From Rhodoferax sp. (GTDB lineage: Bacteria > Pseudomonadota > Gammaproteobacteria > Burkholderiales > Burkholderiaceae_C), in contig JBKJOV010000041.1 of the NCBI GenBank assembly GCA_046595515.1, positions 3,039 to 67,038 on the forward strand: a DNA stretch of 64,000 nt, in the 5' to 3' direction. The notes under the pieces were generated by a model that saw nothing but the letters and a program-made list of their open reading frames with translations, searched no databases and had not been told where the DNA came from. Shown piece after piece: positions 8,890 to 17,376 of this stretch. The position numbers and the translations under genes are program-made. Position 1 is the first letter of the stretch, and every line of letters starts with the position of its first letter.

Positions 8890-10194
8890 TCAGGCCCGCA
8901 CCAAAGCCAGACCGTCCCAGTCCGTGGTGTAGCCGGGCGTGCGCCGCTCCTGTTTCATGCTCCACTGCCGCTGCTCACCCGCCAGTCCTGCACTGGCCAG
9001 GGCCAACGTTCCGCGTCCAAACCTCTGGTTTACCGCATCCAGTGCCTGCATCAGGCGACTTCCACTAGGGTCAGCCACATCGTCTTCCAGTGCCAATTCC
9101 TGCTGTATCAGGTCTGCGGGCCGCAAATCAAGCAGCATCACGCCAGCCTTGGCATAGCGGTATCCAGGTCGAAAAATTGCCTGTAATCCCAGCAGCGCCG
9201 CTTGGCTGATGTCACGACTGTCATTTGTTGATCGCCTGAGCGGTACCACCGTTGAGCGCGAATACTGCAGGTCTTGCGTGCGAAAGGGGCTGGTGCGGAT
9301 AAACGTTAGAACTTGCCCAGCATGGCCGTTTTGCAGCCGCAATTTCTGCGCAGCCCTACTGGAAAACTCCGTCACCGCTTCTTGCAGTGCCGACAAGTCC
9401 AGCACCGCATGTCCAAAGCTGCGCGTGCAGGCGATCTCCTGTTTTGCTGGTGGCTCGTGCTCCAGACCCATGCAGTCGGTGCCTTGCAGTTCACGCACGG
9501 TGCGCTCCAGCACCACAGACCAGCGGCGTTTGACCATGACCGGGTCAAGTCGCGCCAGGTCAAGCACGGTATGGATTCCTGCCTCTTTGAGTTGCGCACC
9601 GATGCGTCTGCCCACCCCCCACACTTCACCCACCTCCGTGGCCAGCATCAACGAATCGCGCTCTGTTGGCTCCAAATTGCCGAGATTGCACACCTGGGAG
9701 TGATGATCGGGGTAGCTACCTGGTTTGCGCTCTGCGGTCTTGGCAATGTGGTTGGCCAGCTTGGCCAGGGTCTTGGTGGGGCCAATTCCAATACCGCAGG
9801 CGATGCCAATCCATTTGTGAATGCGGTGCCGGATTTTTCGGCTGCGCAGGGTCATGTCGCCCGCGATGCCGGACAGGTCAATGAACGACTCGTCGATGGA
9901 ATACACCTCTTGGCGGTGTCCCAGCCCTGCGGCCAGACTCATCATGCGGTCGCTCATGTCGCCGTACAGCGCAAAATTTGCCGACAACGCCACCAGTCCG
10001 TCTGATTCCTCGAAATGGCGAATTTGAAACCACGGTGCGCCCATCTTGATGCCAAGCGCTTTAGCTTCGTTCGACCTGGCAATCGCGCAGCCATCATTGT
10101 TGGACAAAACCACGACAGGCCTGCCATTCAGACTGGGACGGAACACTCGTTCACAGGAAACGTAAAAATTATTGCCATCCACCAGCGCGTACAT
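8890..10194 (-). CDS. umuC: Y-family translesion DNA polymerase V catalytic subunit
   Basis: [36 protein letters not shown] is the canonical UmuC N-terminus, followed by SIDESFIDL. The probable start is ATG 10194; the ORF track extends it to 10248. Confidence 0.9.
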   Translation of the reverse strand: MYALVDGNNFYVSCERVFRPSLNGRPVVVLSNNDGCAIARSNEAKALGIKMGAPWFQIRHFEESDGLVALSANFALYGDMSDRMMSLAAGLGHRQEVYSIDESFIDLSGIAGDMTLRSRKIRHRIHKWIGIACGIGIGPTKTLAKLANHIAKTAERKPGSYPDHHSQVCNLGNLEPTERDSLMLATEVGEVWGVGRRIGAQLKEAGIHTVLDLARLDPVMVKRRWSVVLERTVRELQGTDCMGLEHEPPAKQEIACTRSFGHAVLDLSALQEAVTEFSSRAAQKLRLQNGHAGQVLTFIRTSPFRTQDLQYSRSTVVPLRRSTNDSRDISQAALLGLQAIFRPGYRYAKAGVMLLDLRPADLIQQELALEDDVADPSGSRLMQALDAVNQRFGRGTLALASAGLAGEQRQWSMKQERRTPGYTTDWDGLALVRA

Positions 10195-10205
10195 GGTCTT
10201 CTCAT

Positions 10206-10592
10206 TCAGGCTTTGAACTGCTTGATGGAAGCGGTCACCACACCCCAAATCTCAACGGTTTGACCGTCAGCCGGGTTGATGTCCGGGAAGGTCACGTTGG
10301 CTGCTTTGAGTTTCATGCGGCCGGATCGCTGCCACAGGGTCTTGCAGACAAACTCTCCGTCCACCATGGCGATGACGATGTGGCCAGAACGCGCTGTGAT
10401 GGCGCGATCAACCAGGACGACATCGTTGTCAAAAATGCCAGCGTCTTTCATGGACTCACCGCGTACACGCAGCAAAAAGGTGGCCTGCGGGTGTTTGATC
10501 AACTGCGCCATCAAGTCAACACGCTGCACAGCATGGTCTTCGGCAGGCGATGGAAAGCCCGCAGCCACCCGGCACGGCAACACACTGACCAT
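10206..10592 (-). CDS. umuD: translesion polymerase V autoproteolytic subunit (S24 LexA-like peptidase)
   Basis: 128 aa. Ala-Gly cleavage context [12 protein letters not shown], catalytic Ser in RGESM and Lys in FVCKTL. It sits immediately upstream of umuC. Confidence 0.88.
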   Translation of the reverse strand: MVSVLPCRVAAGFPSPAEDHAVQRVDLMAQLIKHPQATFLLRVRGESMKDAGIFDNDVVLVDRAITARSGHIVIAMVDGEFVCKTLWQRSGRMKLKAANVTFPDINPADGQTVEIWGVVTASIKQFKA

Positions 10593-10652
10593 AGTTGGGA
10601 TCAGCGAGAGTGCCGGCGGTTGTCAAGCTAGTTGTCGCATGAGGTTGTTGAA

Positions 10653-11726
10653 TCAGGCTGCTTTTTTGAGAGTTTCAGGCTCCTTGGTTTGAGGCATGTC
10701 GGGATTGAGGTCGACCTGATCTACATGACGCCAATTGCGGCACTGTTTTGACCAGCGCTGTGGGTGGGTCTGACGGGCCAATTCGTAGACCGCAGCACGC
10801 CCAGCAAGCAATTCCTTGTCTTGCTCGGCGTGGCGCTGGTTTGGCGTCACGAAGCGGATGGCGCTGTGCCTGTGCTCGTCGTTGTACCAGTGCACCAGAT
10901 CCGTGACCCAGCGGCGCGCTTGCAGCAGGCATTCAAACGGTTTGACGGGCATGGCAGGCCGGTACTTCAGGGTCCTGAACAGCGACTCCGAATACGGGTT
11001 GTCATTGCTCACTGACGCACGGCTGCGACTCGGTGCCACACCCAGTCGTTGCATGGTGGCCAGCATGGTTTCGCCCTTCATGGGCGCGCCGTTGTCCGAG
11101 TGCACCACGAGCTGGCCGGGTACACAGCCTTGCCTGGCGCAGATATCCTGCAATAACTCGCTGGCGAGCTCCGCGCTCTCGCAGTCATACACCTGCCAGC
11201 CCACAACCTTGCGGCTGAACAGGTCGACAAACAAGTAAAGGTAGAAGTAGCTGCCGCGCACTTGCGTGGGCAAGTAGGTGATGTCCCAGCAGTAAATTTG
11301 ATCGGCACGGGTGGCCGTCAACGCACGCGGCTTGCTGCGCTTTTGCGGCGCATGCTCAAGCCTGCGGTGCTTCATCTGGCCGGCTTGATGCAGCAACCGG
11401 TACAGGGTCGACTCACTTGCAATATAGCGCCCCTGATCGGCCAGGCGCGGCACGATTTGGCTTGGCGGCAGGTTTTTGAACTCCTCGCCGTTGAGAAGTG
11501 CCATGGCCGCGTGACGCTCGAACGCGCCGAGCTTGTTGGGCGGCTCAGCGCGCTCGTGCAGACCGACCACTCGGCGATCCCCATCCTTCGCATCAGGGTG
11601 CTGCCAGCGCTGCACGGTGCGCTCAGACAAGCCAATCTGGGCACAGGCCTGCTTCAGACGCGCACCGCCCGTGCAGGCCTGCTGAATCAGCTCCAGCAGG
11701 TCCTCGCGTTGCTGTGGGGCGCTCAT
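10653..11726 (-). CDS. IS3-family transposase OrfB (rve/DDE integrase core)
   Basis: 357 aa. The DDE triad contexts are CWDITYLP, VVHSDNGAPM and NPYSESLFRTLK. The ATG shares one nucleotide with the orfA stop (TGATG). Confidence 0.88.
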   Translation of the reverse strand: MSAPQQREDLLELIQQACTGGARLKQACAQIGLSERTVQRWQHPDAKDGDRRVVGLHERAEPPNKLGAFERHAAMALLNGEEFKNLPPSQIVPRLADQGRYIASESTLYRLLHQAGQMKHRRLEHAPQKRSKPRALTATRADQIYCWDITYLPTQVRGSYFYLYLFVDLFSRKVVGWQVYDCESAELASELLQDICARQGCVPGQLVVHSDNGAPMKGETMLATMQRLGVAPSRSRASVSNDNPYSESLFRTLKYRPAMPVKPFECLLQARRWVTDLVHWYNDEHRHSAIRFVTPNQRHAEQDKELLAGRAAVYELARQTHPQRWSKQCRNWRHVDQVDLNPDMPQTKEPETLKKAA

Positions 11727-12232
11727 CAGTCCTCGTCCCCCAACAGCGCCTGGAACTTTTTTTGTAGCACCAGCAAGGCTGCGGCTTCAGCCAGCGCCTT
11801 CTCTTTTCGGCGCAGGTCGCGCTGCAATCCCTCGTGTTTGGTTTGCAGCTCACGCAAAGCCGCTTTGGTCTCGCGCGAGTCGCTTGCCGGGACACTGCAA
11901 AATGCATCACGCCAGGCCTTCAGCTGGTGCTCAAACAAACCCTTTTCCCGGCACCAGGCATGAAGCTGCGTCTGGGATAGGGCGTGCGTTTCAAGCAGCG
12001 CCTGAAGACGCTGGCACGCTCCCCAAGATCGCGCTGGCAGGTCATCAGGCAACCGGGCTGGCGCCTCGCTGGATGCACCCTTTGACTGGCTGGACTTGCT
12101 AAGCCACTTCCTCAGCGTACCGACAGCCATATGCAAATCATTGGCTACGTCCTGCACGCTGCGCGTGCCGCGCTCCCTGACTTTAATAAGCGCCTGTTCT
12201 CGGAATTCAAGGGTGTGTAAATTTCTTCTCAT
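11726..12232 (-). CDS. IS3-family transposase OrfA (HTH plus leucine zipper)
   Basis: MRRNLHTLEFREQALIKVRERGTRSVQDVANDLHMAVGTLRKWL is an HTH_Tnp_1-like motif, followed by a C-terminal coiled coil. ATG 12232 is preferred over the TTG at 12262. Confidence 0.8.
   Translation of the reverse strand: MRRNLHTLEFREQALIKVRERGTRSVQDVANDLHMAVGTLRKWLSKSSQSKGASSEAPARLPDDLPARSWGACQRLQALLETHALSQTQLHAWCREKGLFEHQLKAWRDAFCSVPASDSRETKAALRELQTKHEGLQRDLRRKEKALAEAAALLVLQKKFQALLGDED
11756..11762 (-). promoter_or_regulatory. programmed -1 ribosomal frameshift heptamer A-AAA-AAG (OrfAB fusion)
   Basis: The minus strand reads CTA CAA AAA AAG TTC in the orfA frame. The -1 frame stays open from here into orfB (KKVPGAVGGRGLMSAPQQ...). 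Confidence 0.7.
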
Positions 12233-12290
12233 AGATGGCGCTCCTGTGCGGGTCTTCCGCAATCATGATGGGGCGACAACTAGTCTGGCA

Positions 12291-12749
12291 CGGGGGGTGG
12301 GTGACAAAGTGACCATCGTGAACACCCAGACGGACAAGATCGAGGACGAGATCAGCGGCTTTAGCAAGATTCGCGCAATCTCGGTCACAGCAGATGGAAA
12401 AACCATGTTCGCCGCCAACAGCGGTACCAACAATATTGCCGTGGTGGATATTGCCGAGCGCAAAATTCTGAGCACGGTCGCCGTGGGTAAAGACCCCTAT
12501 GGCGCTGCTTTGACGCCTGATGGCCAATTTGTCTATTCCGGCAACCTGGCCGACAACACGGTGTCTGTGATCGACGTGGCCACGCTCAAAGTCGTCGCCA
12601 CCATTGCGGGCTTCAAGCAGCCACGCCAGGCCATTGTGTTTACCCGCGACGGCACCTTGGCCTATGTGCTGAACGAAGATTTGAGCGTGTCGAAGGTGGA
12701 TCGGGCGTCCCAGCACATCGTGGGCACCATGGCAGCACCCAAGGCCTGA
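12291..12749 (+). pseudogene. 5'-truncated YVTN/YncE-type beta-propeller repeat gene (C-terminal remnant only)
   Basis: The reading frame begins at the IS end with no start codon or signal peptide. Repeats are present: TADGKTMFAANSGTNNIAVVDIA, TPDGQFVYSGNLADNTVSVIDVA and TRDGTLAYVLNEDLSVSKVD. The ORF-track N-terminus (12096..12290) is read-through of the IS terminus. Confidence 0.65.
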
Positions 12750-12908
12750 GTACTCGCTATATCAGGGCAGCCAGGGCAGAATCTACCAGTGCGATGGGCC
12801 CTGTGACTGTGACACCAGCGGTGATAAGGTCCAAAGGTCAAGGGTTAACCCCATGAAAATAACCAAGCCGCCATGGAATGAAACGGGCAGCCCCGCGCTC
12901 TTGTACAC

Positions 12909-13451
12909 ATGATCCAAACGGCTGAATCCCGCTACAACCAATGGGTGCGCGACCACTATCGCTTCCTCATGCGCAGCGCCTGGGCCTTGACCGGCTCACG
13001 GGCGGTGGCCGAGGATGTGGTGCAAGATTGTTTTACCAGCGCCTGGAAATACCGCAGCCAATTGCGCGAGCCCGGGCTGGCCCGCGCTTGGCTGTTCAAG
13101 ATCATGCGTCGCCATGCGCTGCGGCACCTAGCACCCGGGCCACAACCGCTAGACAACGAGGGGAACGCCGCCGAGCTGGCGGTGCCAAACCGGGGCCTGG
13201 ATGACCAGCTTGACGTGGTGAAGGCCCTGACCCGCATTGCGCCGATTCATCGGGAAGTGTTAGTGCTGTTCTACTTTGACGATATGCCTACGGCGCAGAT
13301 GGCCGAGGCACTGGATATTGCACCGGGTACGGTGCTTTCGCGCTTGGCACGCGCCCGCGATGCACTTAAGGCCGTGCTCGGCACTACTACCCGATCACCG
13401 GCACTGGTGCCTGCATCTTCGGCCACGGTGGCTGCGCTGAGAAAGGTCTGA
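12909..13451 (+). CDS. ECF (sigma-70 family) RNA polymerase sigma factor
   Basis: 180 aa. Region 2 is AEDVVQDCFTSAWKY and region 4 is PTAQMAEALDIAPGTVLSRLARARDAL. Confidence 0.85.
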   Translation: MIQTAESRYNQWVRDHYRFLMRSAWALTGSRAVAEDVVQDCFTSAWKYRSQLREPGLARAWLFKIMRRHALRHLAPGPQPLDNEGNAAELAVPNRGLDDQLDVVKALTRIAPIHREVLVLFYFDDMPTAQMAEALDIAPGTVLSRLARARDALKAVLGTTTRSPALVPASSATVAALRKV

Positions 13452-13452
13452 G

Positions 13453-14031
13453 ATGACCGATCTACCTGACTTTTACGACAGCGCTTTCGACCTGCGGGCG
13501 CGCGCCGAAATGGCGTTGGCCTTTGACCCGGGCCAGCCACCGGCGCATCTGTTCAAAAATACTCCGTTTCTGTCGCGGCGCGGCTTTCAGCGCGGGCTGG
13601 CGGCCCTGCTGTTCACGGGTAGCGGTGCGAGTGCCGTGTTGGCCATGCGTCCGCCCGAGCTGGTGCGCGGCGCGATTGAGCATGAGTACTACGAGCGCAC
13701 GCTGCGCGGCAACTTTATGGAAGGCCGCAAGCTCCTGGAGCAGCTGGGCCTGGAGCACACCAAGGCCATTCCTGGCTACCCGCAATTGATGCGGCCCTGC
13801 GACATTGAAGGCCACTTGGTCTACCACCTGACCACTTTTTTTGAAAAGGGCGGCATGGTGACCGTGTTCGCCTTCGACCAGCCGGTTGCCCTGCGAGAGG
13901 CCAGCGGCTGGTGGGGCAATGTGTATTGGCAAGTGATGACCTCGCGCGACGGCAAACCTCTGGTGCTGGTAGCACAAAAGAAAAAGGCGCTTGTCGTGGC
14001 ACAGGCTGCCTTTGGTAAGCCTACCGGCTAA
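13453..14031 (+). CDS. single-pass membrane protein in the anti-sigma position (function unproven)
   Basis: It starts 1 nt after the sigma gene stop. It has one hydrophobic helix (GLAALLFTGSGASAVLAM) and no HxxxCxxC zinc motif. Confidence 0.45.
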   Translation: MTDLPDFYDSAFDLRARAEMALAFDPGQPPAHLFKNTPFLSRRGFQRGLAALLFTGSGASAVLAMRPPELVRGAIEHEYYERTLRGNFMEGRKLLEQLGLEHTKAIPGYPQLMRPCDIEGHLVYHLTTFFEKGGMVTVFAFDQPVALREASGWWGNVYWQVMTSRDGKPLVLVAQKKKALVVAQAAFGKPTG

Positions 14032-14112
14032 GTCGCCCGGCGTAACCCCGACCACGACACTTTCAACGCCACCCAATTTCGAGCCAAAAAACCAACCTTA
14101 ATGGAGACAGAC

Positions 14113-15327
14113 ATGATCAATACACCAACCTCACTACCTCGCCGCTATCTGCTGGCCAGCAGCGCCAGTGCACTGGCTGTTGTCGGCCTGGCCTCTTGGA
14201 CGCGCAGTGCCACGGCGCAGACTGCCACAGTAGCCGCCAAGCCACTGCCCGCCTACGTGAGTTGGAAAGACTCGGCCAGCGTCATTGTGCACAGCAGCAC
14301 CACGATTGAGACCAAGCGCGCTGCGTTTGGCACCAGTGTGGTCACGCCCACCGAGCAGCTCTACATTCGCAACAATCTACCCGCACCCGATGCGTCCATC
14401 ATTGCCGACCGTGACGCCTGGGAGATCACGCTCGAAGGCGTCAAGAATCCGCGCAAGCTGACGGTGCGCGAACTCAAAGCCATGGGCCTGGAAACGGTGG
14501 CCATGGTGATGCAGTGCTCTGGCAATGGCCGCGGCTTTTTCCCCAGCAAACCCAGTGGGACACCCTGGACCGTGGGCGCAGCAGGCTGCGTGGTGTTCAG
14601 CGGCGTACCCGTGCGCGCGGTCGTGGAGGCACTGGGCGGTGTCAGCGCAGGCATGCGCTACATGACTGGCACGGGCGGCGAAAAGCTGCCCGAGGGCATT
14701 GATCCCAAAAGCATCATGGTGGAGCGCTCTGTGCCCGCCACGGCGATGGCCGATGCGCTGCTGGCCTGGGAGATGAACGGCGTGCCGATCTCGTTGGCAC
14801 ATGGCGGGCCGCTGCGTTTGATCGTGCCCGGCTATACCGGCGTCAACAACATCAAGTACATCAAGCAGCTGGCGTTTACCGCACAAGAAAGCGACGCCAA
14901 AATCATGTCGCACGGCTACCGTATTTCGCCGCCGGGTGGCAAGGGCGACCCGAGCCAGCCCTCGGTGCAAGAGATGACCGTCAAGTCATGGATCAACTCG
15001 CCCCATCCGGATAGCGGCCCGCTCAAGGCGGGTACGGCGCAAATTCACGGCGTGGCGTTTGGTGGCTTGAATGCCGTCAAGGGTGTGGAAGTGTCCATCG
15101 ATGCCGGCAAGACTTGGCAGAAGGCGCGCTTTGTCGGTCCGGATCTAGGCCCCTACGCCTGGCGCCAGTTTGCCCTGCAAGCGCGCTTGTCGGCAGGAAC
15201 CTACACCCTGGCCAGCCGCGCGACGGATTCTGCCGGCAACGTCCAACCAGAAACACGCGCTGAAAATCAGGGCGGCTACAACAACACCAGCTGGGCTGAT
15301 CACGCGGTCATGGTAACCGTGGCGTGA
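14113..15327 (+). CDS. sorA: sulfite dehydrogenase / sulfite-oxidase-family molybdopterin subunit (Tat-exported)
   Basis: Twin-arginine signal LPRRYLLASSASALAVVGLASW. Mo-ligand Cys context VMQCSGNGRGFF, plus HGGPLRLIVPGYTGVNNIKYI and a C-terminal Ig-like dimerisation domain. ATG 14113 has a ggaga RBS; ATG 14101 is also possible. Confidence 0.8.
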   Translation: MINTPTSLPRRYLLASSASALAVVGLASWTRSATAQTATVAAKPLPAYVSWKDSASVIVHSSTTIETKRAAFGTSVVTPTEQLYIRNNLPAPDASIIADRDAWEITLEGVKNPRKLTVRELKAMGLETVAMVMQCSGNGRGFFPSKPSGTPWTVGAAGCVVFSGVPVRAVVEALGGVSAGMRYMTGTGGEKLPEGIDPKSIMVERSVPATAMADALLAWEMNGVPISLAHGGPLRLIVPGYTGVNNIKYIKQLAFTAQESDAKIMSHGYRISPPGGKGDPSQPSVQEMTVKSWINSPHPDSGPLKAGTAQIHGVAFGGLNAVKGVEVSIDAGKTWQKARFVGPDLGPYAWRQFALQARLSAGTYTLASRATDSAGNVQPETRAENQGGYNNTSWADHAVMVTVA

Positions 15328-15386
15328 CGCCCTCAATCAACGCAGGCGCTCCACATACCTATTCTGCTTTCTCCAACGGAACTACC

Positions 15387-15746
15387 ATGAAACCAACTTA
15401 TCTTGCACGACACGCGCACCCCTTCATGCGCATTTGCACCTTGATGGCCTGCGCCATGCTTTGCATGCCAGCCCTGGCGGCAGACGACAAAGCCCAAATG
15501 GCCGTGGGCAAGAAATTGTTTACCACTGCAGTGCCAGCATGCGCCGTGTGCCACACCCTGAAAGATGCCGGGTCTGCAGGTGAAGTCGGCCCCGTGCTGG
15601 ATGAACTCAAGCCAGACGCAGCCCGCGTGGCCAAGGTCTTGCGAGACGGGCTGGGCAATATGCCATCGTACAAAGAATCCTTGTCCGAGGCGCAAATCGC
15701 GGCGCTGGCGCGGTATGTGTCAAAGGCCAGCGGAGGCGAGAAGTAA
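15387..15746 (+). CDS. sorB: monohaem cytochrome c, partner of the sulfite dehydrogenase
   Basis: Signal peptide, a single CAVCH haem motif, and a distal Met in GNMPSY. It lies directly downstream of sorA. Confidence 0.7.
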   Translation: MKPTYLARHAHPFMRICTLMACAMLCMPALAADDKAQMAVGKKLFTTAVPACAVCHTLKDAGSAGEVGPVLDELKPDAARVAKVLRDGLGNMPSYKESLSEAQIAALARYVSKASGGEK

Positions 15747-15893
15747 TGGCAGTGACCACGCAAATTTGATCAAAATAGTCCAAAAAAGTTGAAGGCCAGT
15801 GGAATAAACAGGGAAGGCACGCCGTCTACCTTTATGTCAGGCCAATACATCTGCCTGCCAAGCAGTTCTACCTTCACTTCAACAGGATTCATC

Positions 15894-16355
15894 ATGATCA
15901 AAACTTTGTATCTCAGCGCTTGCGCCGCCGCCCTTTTGTTTGCAGCTACGGGTGCCATGGCCGCACCGAGCGATGACGCAGAAACGCACTTTCGTGCCAT
16001 CGGCAATGGTGACCTGAGCGTTGTCATGCGTGCCTACGCCGACACCGCCCAACTCAATTGGGTCGGTGGCCCGCTGGACGGCACCTACGCATCCACCGAT
16101 GCCATCCGCGGCACCTGGGAAAAATTTACCAAATCGCAAGGCCCTCTGAAGGTCAGTATCAGCAAGCTCGAAGAGTCTGCCAACCCCAAGGGCGCAACGG
16201 TTTCTGCAAACGTCGTGTTTGAAGGCAAAGCCCCCATCAAGGTGCGTTATGTGTTGACCATCCGCGACGGCAAGATCGTCAACGAAACATGGCAGATCGA
16301 CCCCAAGATGGTGACTGCCATGGCCGCATCTGCACCCGCCGCCGCAGCCTACTAG
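15894..16355 (+). CDS. secreted NTF2/SnoaL-like fold protein
   Basis: Signal peptide MIKTLYLSACAAALLFAATGAMA. Small alpha+beta pattern ending RDGKIVNETWQID. Confidence 0.45.
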   Translation: MIKTLYLSACAAALLFAATGAMAAPSDDAETHFRAIGNGDLSVVMRAYADTAQLNWVGGPLDGTYASTDAIRGTWEKFTKSQGPLKVSISKLEESANPKGATVSANVVFEGKAPIKVRYVLTIRDGKIVNETWQIDPKMVTAMAASAPAAAAY

Positions 16356-16392
16356 TGCCTGGCACCCGCAGCCCTACCTTCTGGAGAACCCT

Positions 16393-16780
16393 ATGAAACC
16401 CAGCCTTTTTCTAGCCGCGCTGGCCATCAGCGCCGCATCGATGGCCGTTGCAGTTCCCGCAGGGGCTGCGGAAGCGACCGTCAAGCTCAGCAACGGTACG
16501 CTGGTGGCAGCGAACGGCTTGACGCTGTATACCTTTGACGCGGACCAAGCCGACAGTGGCAAGAGCACCTGTAACGGCCCCTGTGCGGCCCCTGGCGGTC
16601 GCCGCAAACGACCAGCCCTCCGGGCCCTACAGCGCACGCTTAAGCGTAGTGACCCGTGAGGACGGCACACGCCAGATTGCCTACAAAGGAAAGCCTTTGT
16701 ATTTTTTCAAAGCCGACCAAAAGCCTGGCGACCGCCTGGGTGACAACGTCAAGGACGTCTGGCACGTCATTACAGAATGA
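16393..16780 (+). pseudogene. small secreted two-repeat 'YxFxxD / PLYxF' lipoprotein-like gene interrupted by a frameshift
   Basis: Two ORF-track pieces (16393..16659 and 16535..16780) join into one 2-repeat protein: LTLYTFDADQADSGKSTCNGPCAA | LAVAANDQPSGPY...GKPLYFFKADQKPGD..W. The frame changes within the C4 run at 16589..16592. The total length of 388 nt is not divisible by 3. Confidence 0.55.
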
Positions 16781-16804
16781 GTGTGAGATCCCTAGTGCTT
16801 CCTT

Positions 16805-16831
16805 GAACGCATCCAACCCGCCAAATTCCGA
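16805..16831 (+). promoter_or_regulatory. possible ECF-type promoter (GAAC-N18-TCCGA) abutting the sigma gene ATG
   Basis: The sequence ttGAACgc-N16-TCCGA has the same spacing as the GGAACTT-N16-TCTGA class. The -10 element ends 5 nt before ATG 16837. Confidence 0.3.
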
Positions 16832-16836
16832 CCACG

Positions 16837-17346
16837 ATGGCCCATCACGATGACGACCAGTTGCTGACTTGGGTGCCCCGCCTGCGCCGCTATGCACGGG
16901 CGCTGGTGAGTAATCGGGACGATGCGGATGACCTGGTGCAAGACACTTTGGAGCGCGCCTGGGCTAAGTCTGCCATGTGGCAAGGAGTGAATGACATGCG
17001 AGCCTGGTTATTCGGCGTCATGCACAACCTGCATGTGGACGGCGTGCGGCGGCCCAAGCTGCACACCGTGGTGATGGATGAAGACACACCGGAAATTCCG
17101 GTGGCGTCCACCCAGACAGACCGTTTGGCGGTGTTGGATTTGCAAGCAGCATTGCAGCAGCTACCGGTGGAGCAGCGGGAGATTATTTTGCTGATTGCCC
17201 TAGAGGATCTGAGTTACGCCGAAGTGGCCGCCACCCTGGGTATTCCGATTGGCTCTGTCATGTCCCGCCTGTCCCGTGGTCGCGAGCGCTTGCGCAGCCT
17301 CATGGAGGGCCGGCCCGATCCGGTGCGCCTCAAAGTCGTCAAGTGA
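16837..17346 (+). CDS. ECF RNA polymerase sigma factor
   Basis: 169 aa. Region 2 is ADDLVQDTLERAWAK and region 4 is LSYAEVAATLGIPIGSVMSRLSRGRERL. Confidence 0.88.
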   Translation: MAHHDDDQLLTWVPRLRRYARALVSNRDDADDLVQDTLERAWAKSAMWQGVNDMRAWLFGVMHNLHVDGVRRPKLHTVVMDEDTPEIPVASTQTDRLAVLDLQAALQQLPVEQREIILLIALEDLSYAEVAATLGIPIGSVMSRLSRGRERLRSLMEGRPDPVRLKVVK

Positions 17347-17376
17347 ATTGCCAGACAAGTCACCCGAGTAAATTTT

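Larger units (their letters stand above)
10621..12290 (-). mobile_element. IS3-family insertion sequence (orfA/orfB with a -1 frameshift site)
   Basis: Terminal inverted repeats were read directly. The left repeat at 10621 is TGTCAAGCTAGTTGTCGC. The reverse complement of 12273..12290 is TGCCAGACTAGTTGTCGC. They match at 15/18 positions with TG...CA ends and enclose an HTH orfA plus a DDE/rve orfB in the -1 frame. Confidence 0.85.

Noticed and set aside
10593-10620. Search for a LexA/SOS box (CTGT-N8-ACAG) in front of umuD
   Set aside because: None is present in the 28 nt left between umuD and the IS end. I report the absence as a finding rather than a feature.
12096-12290. N-terminal part of ORF 12096..12749
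   Set aside because: It is read-through of the IS3 terminus and the orfA antisense strand. Only the portion after the right inverted repeat (12291 onward) is beta-propeller sequence.
7170-13000. Search for a second copy of the ssrA 3' end (attR) to delimit an island
   Set aside because: Only trivial 8-mer resemblances were seen by eye, for example tccaccat inside umuD near 10363. A computational search is needed, so no att site is claimed.
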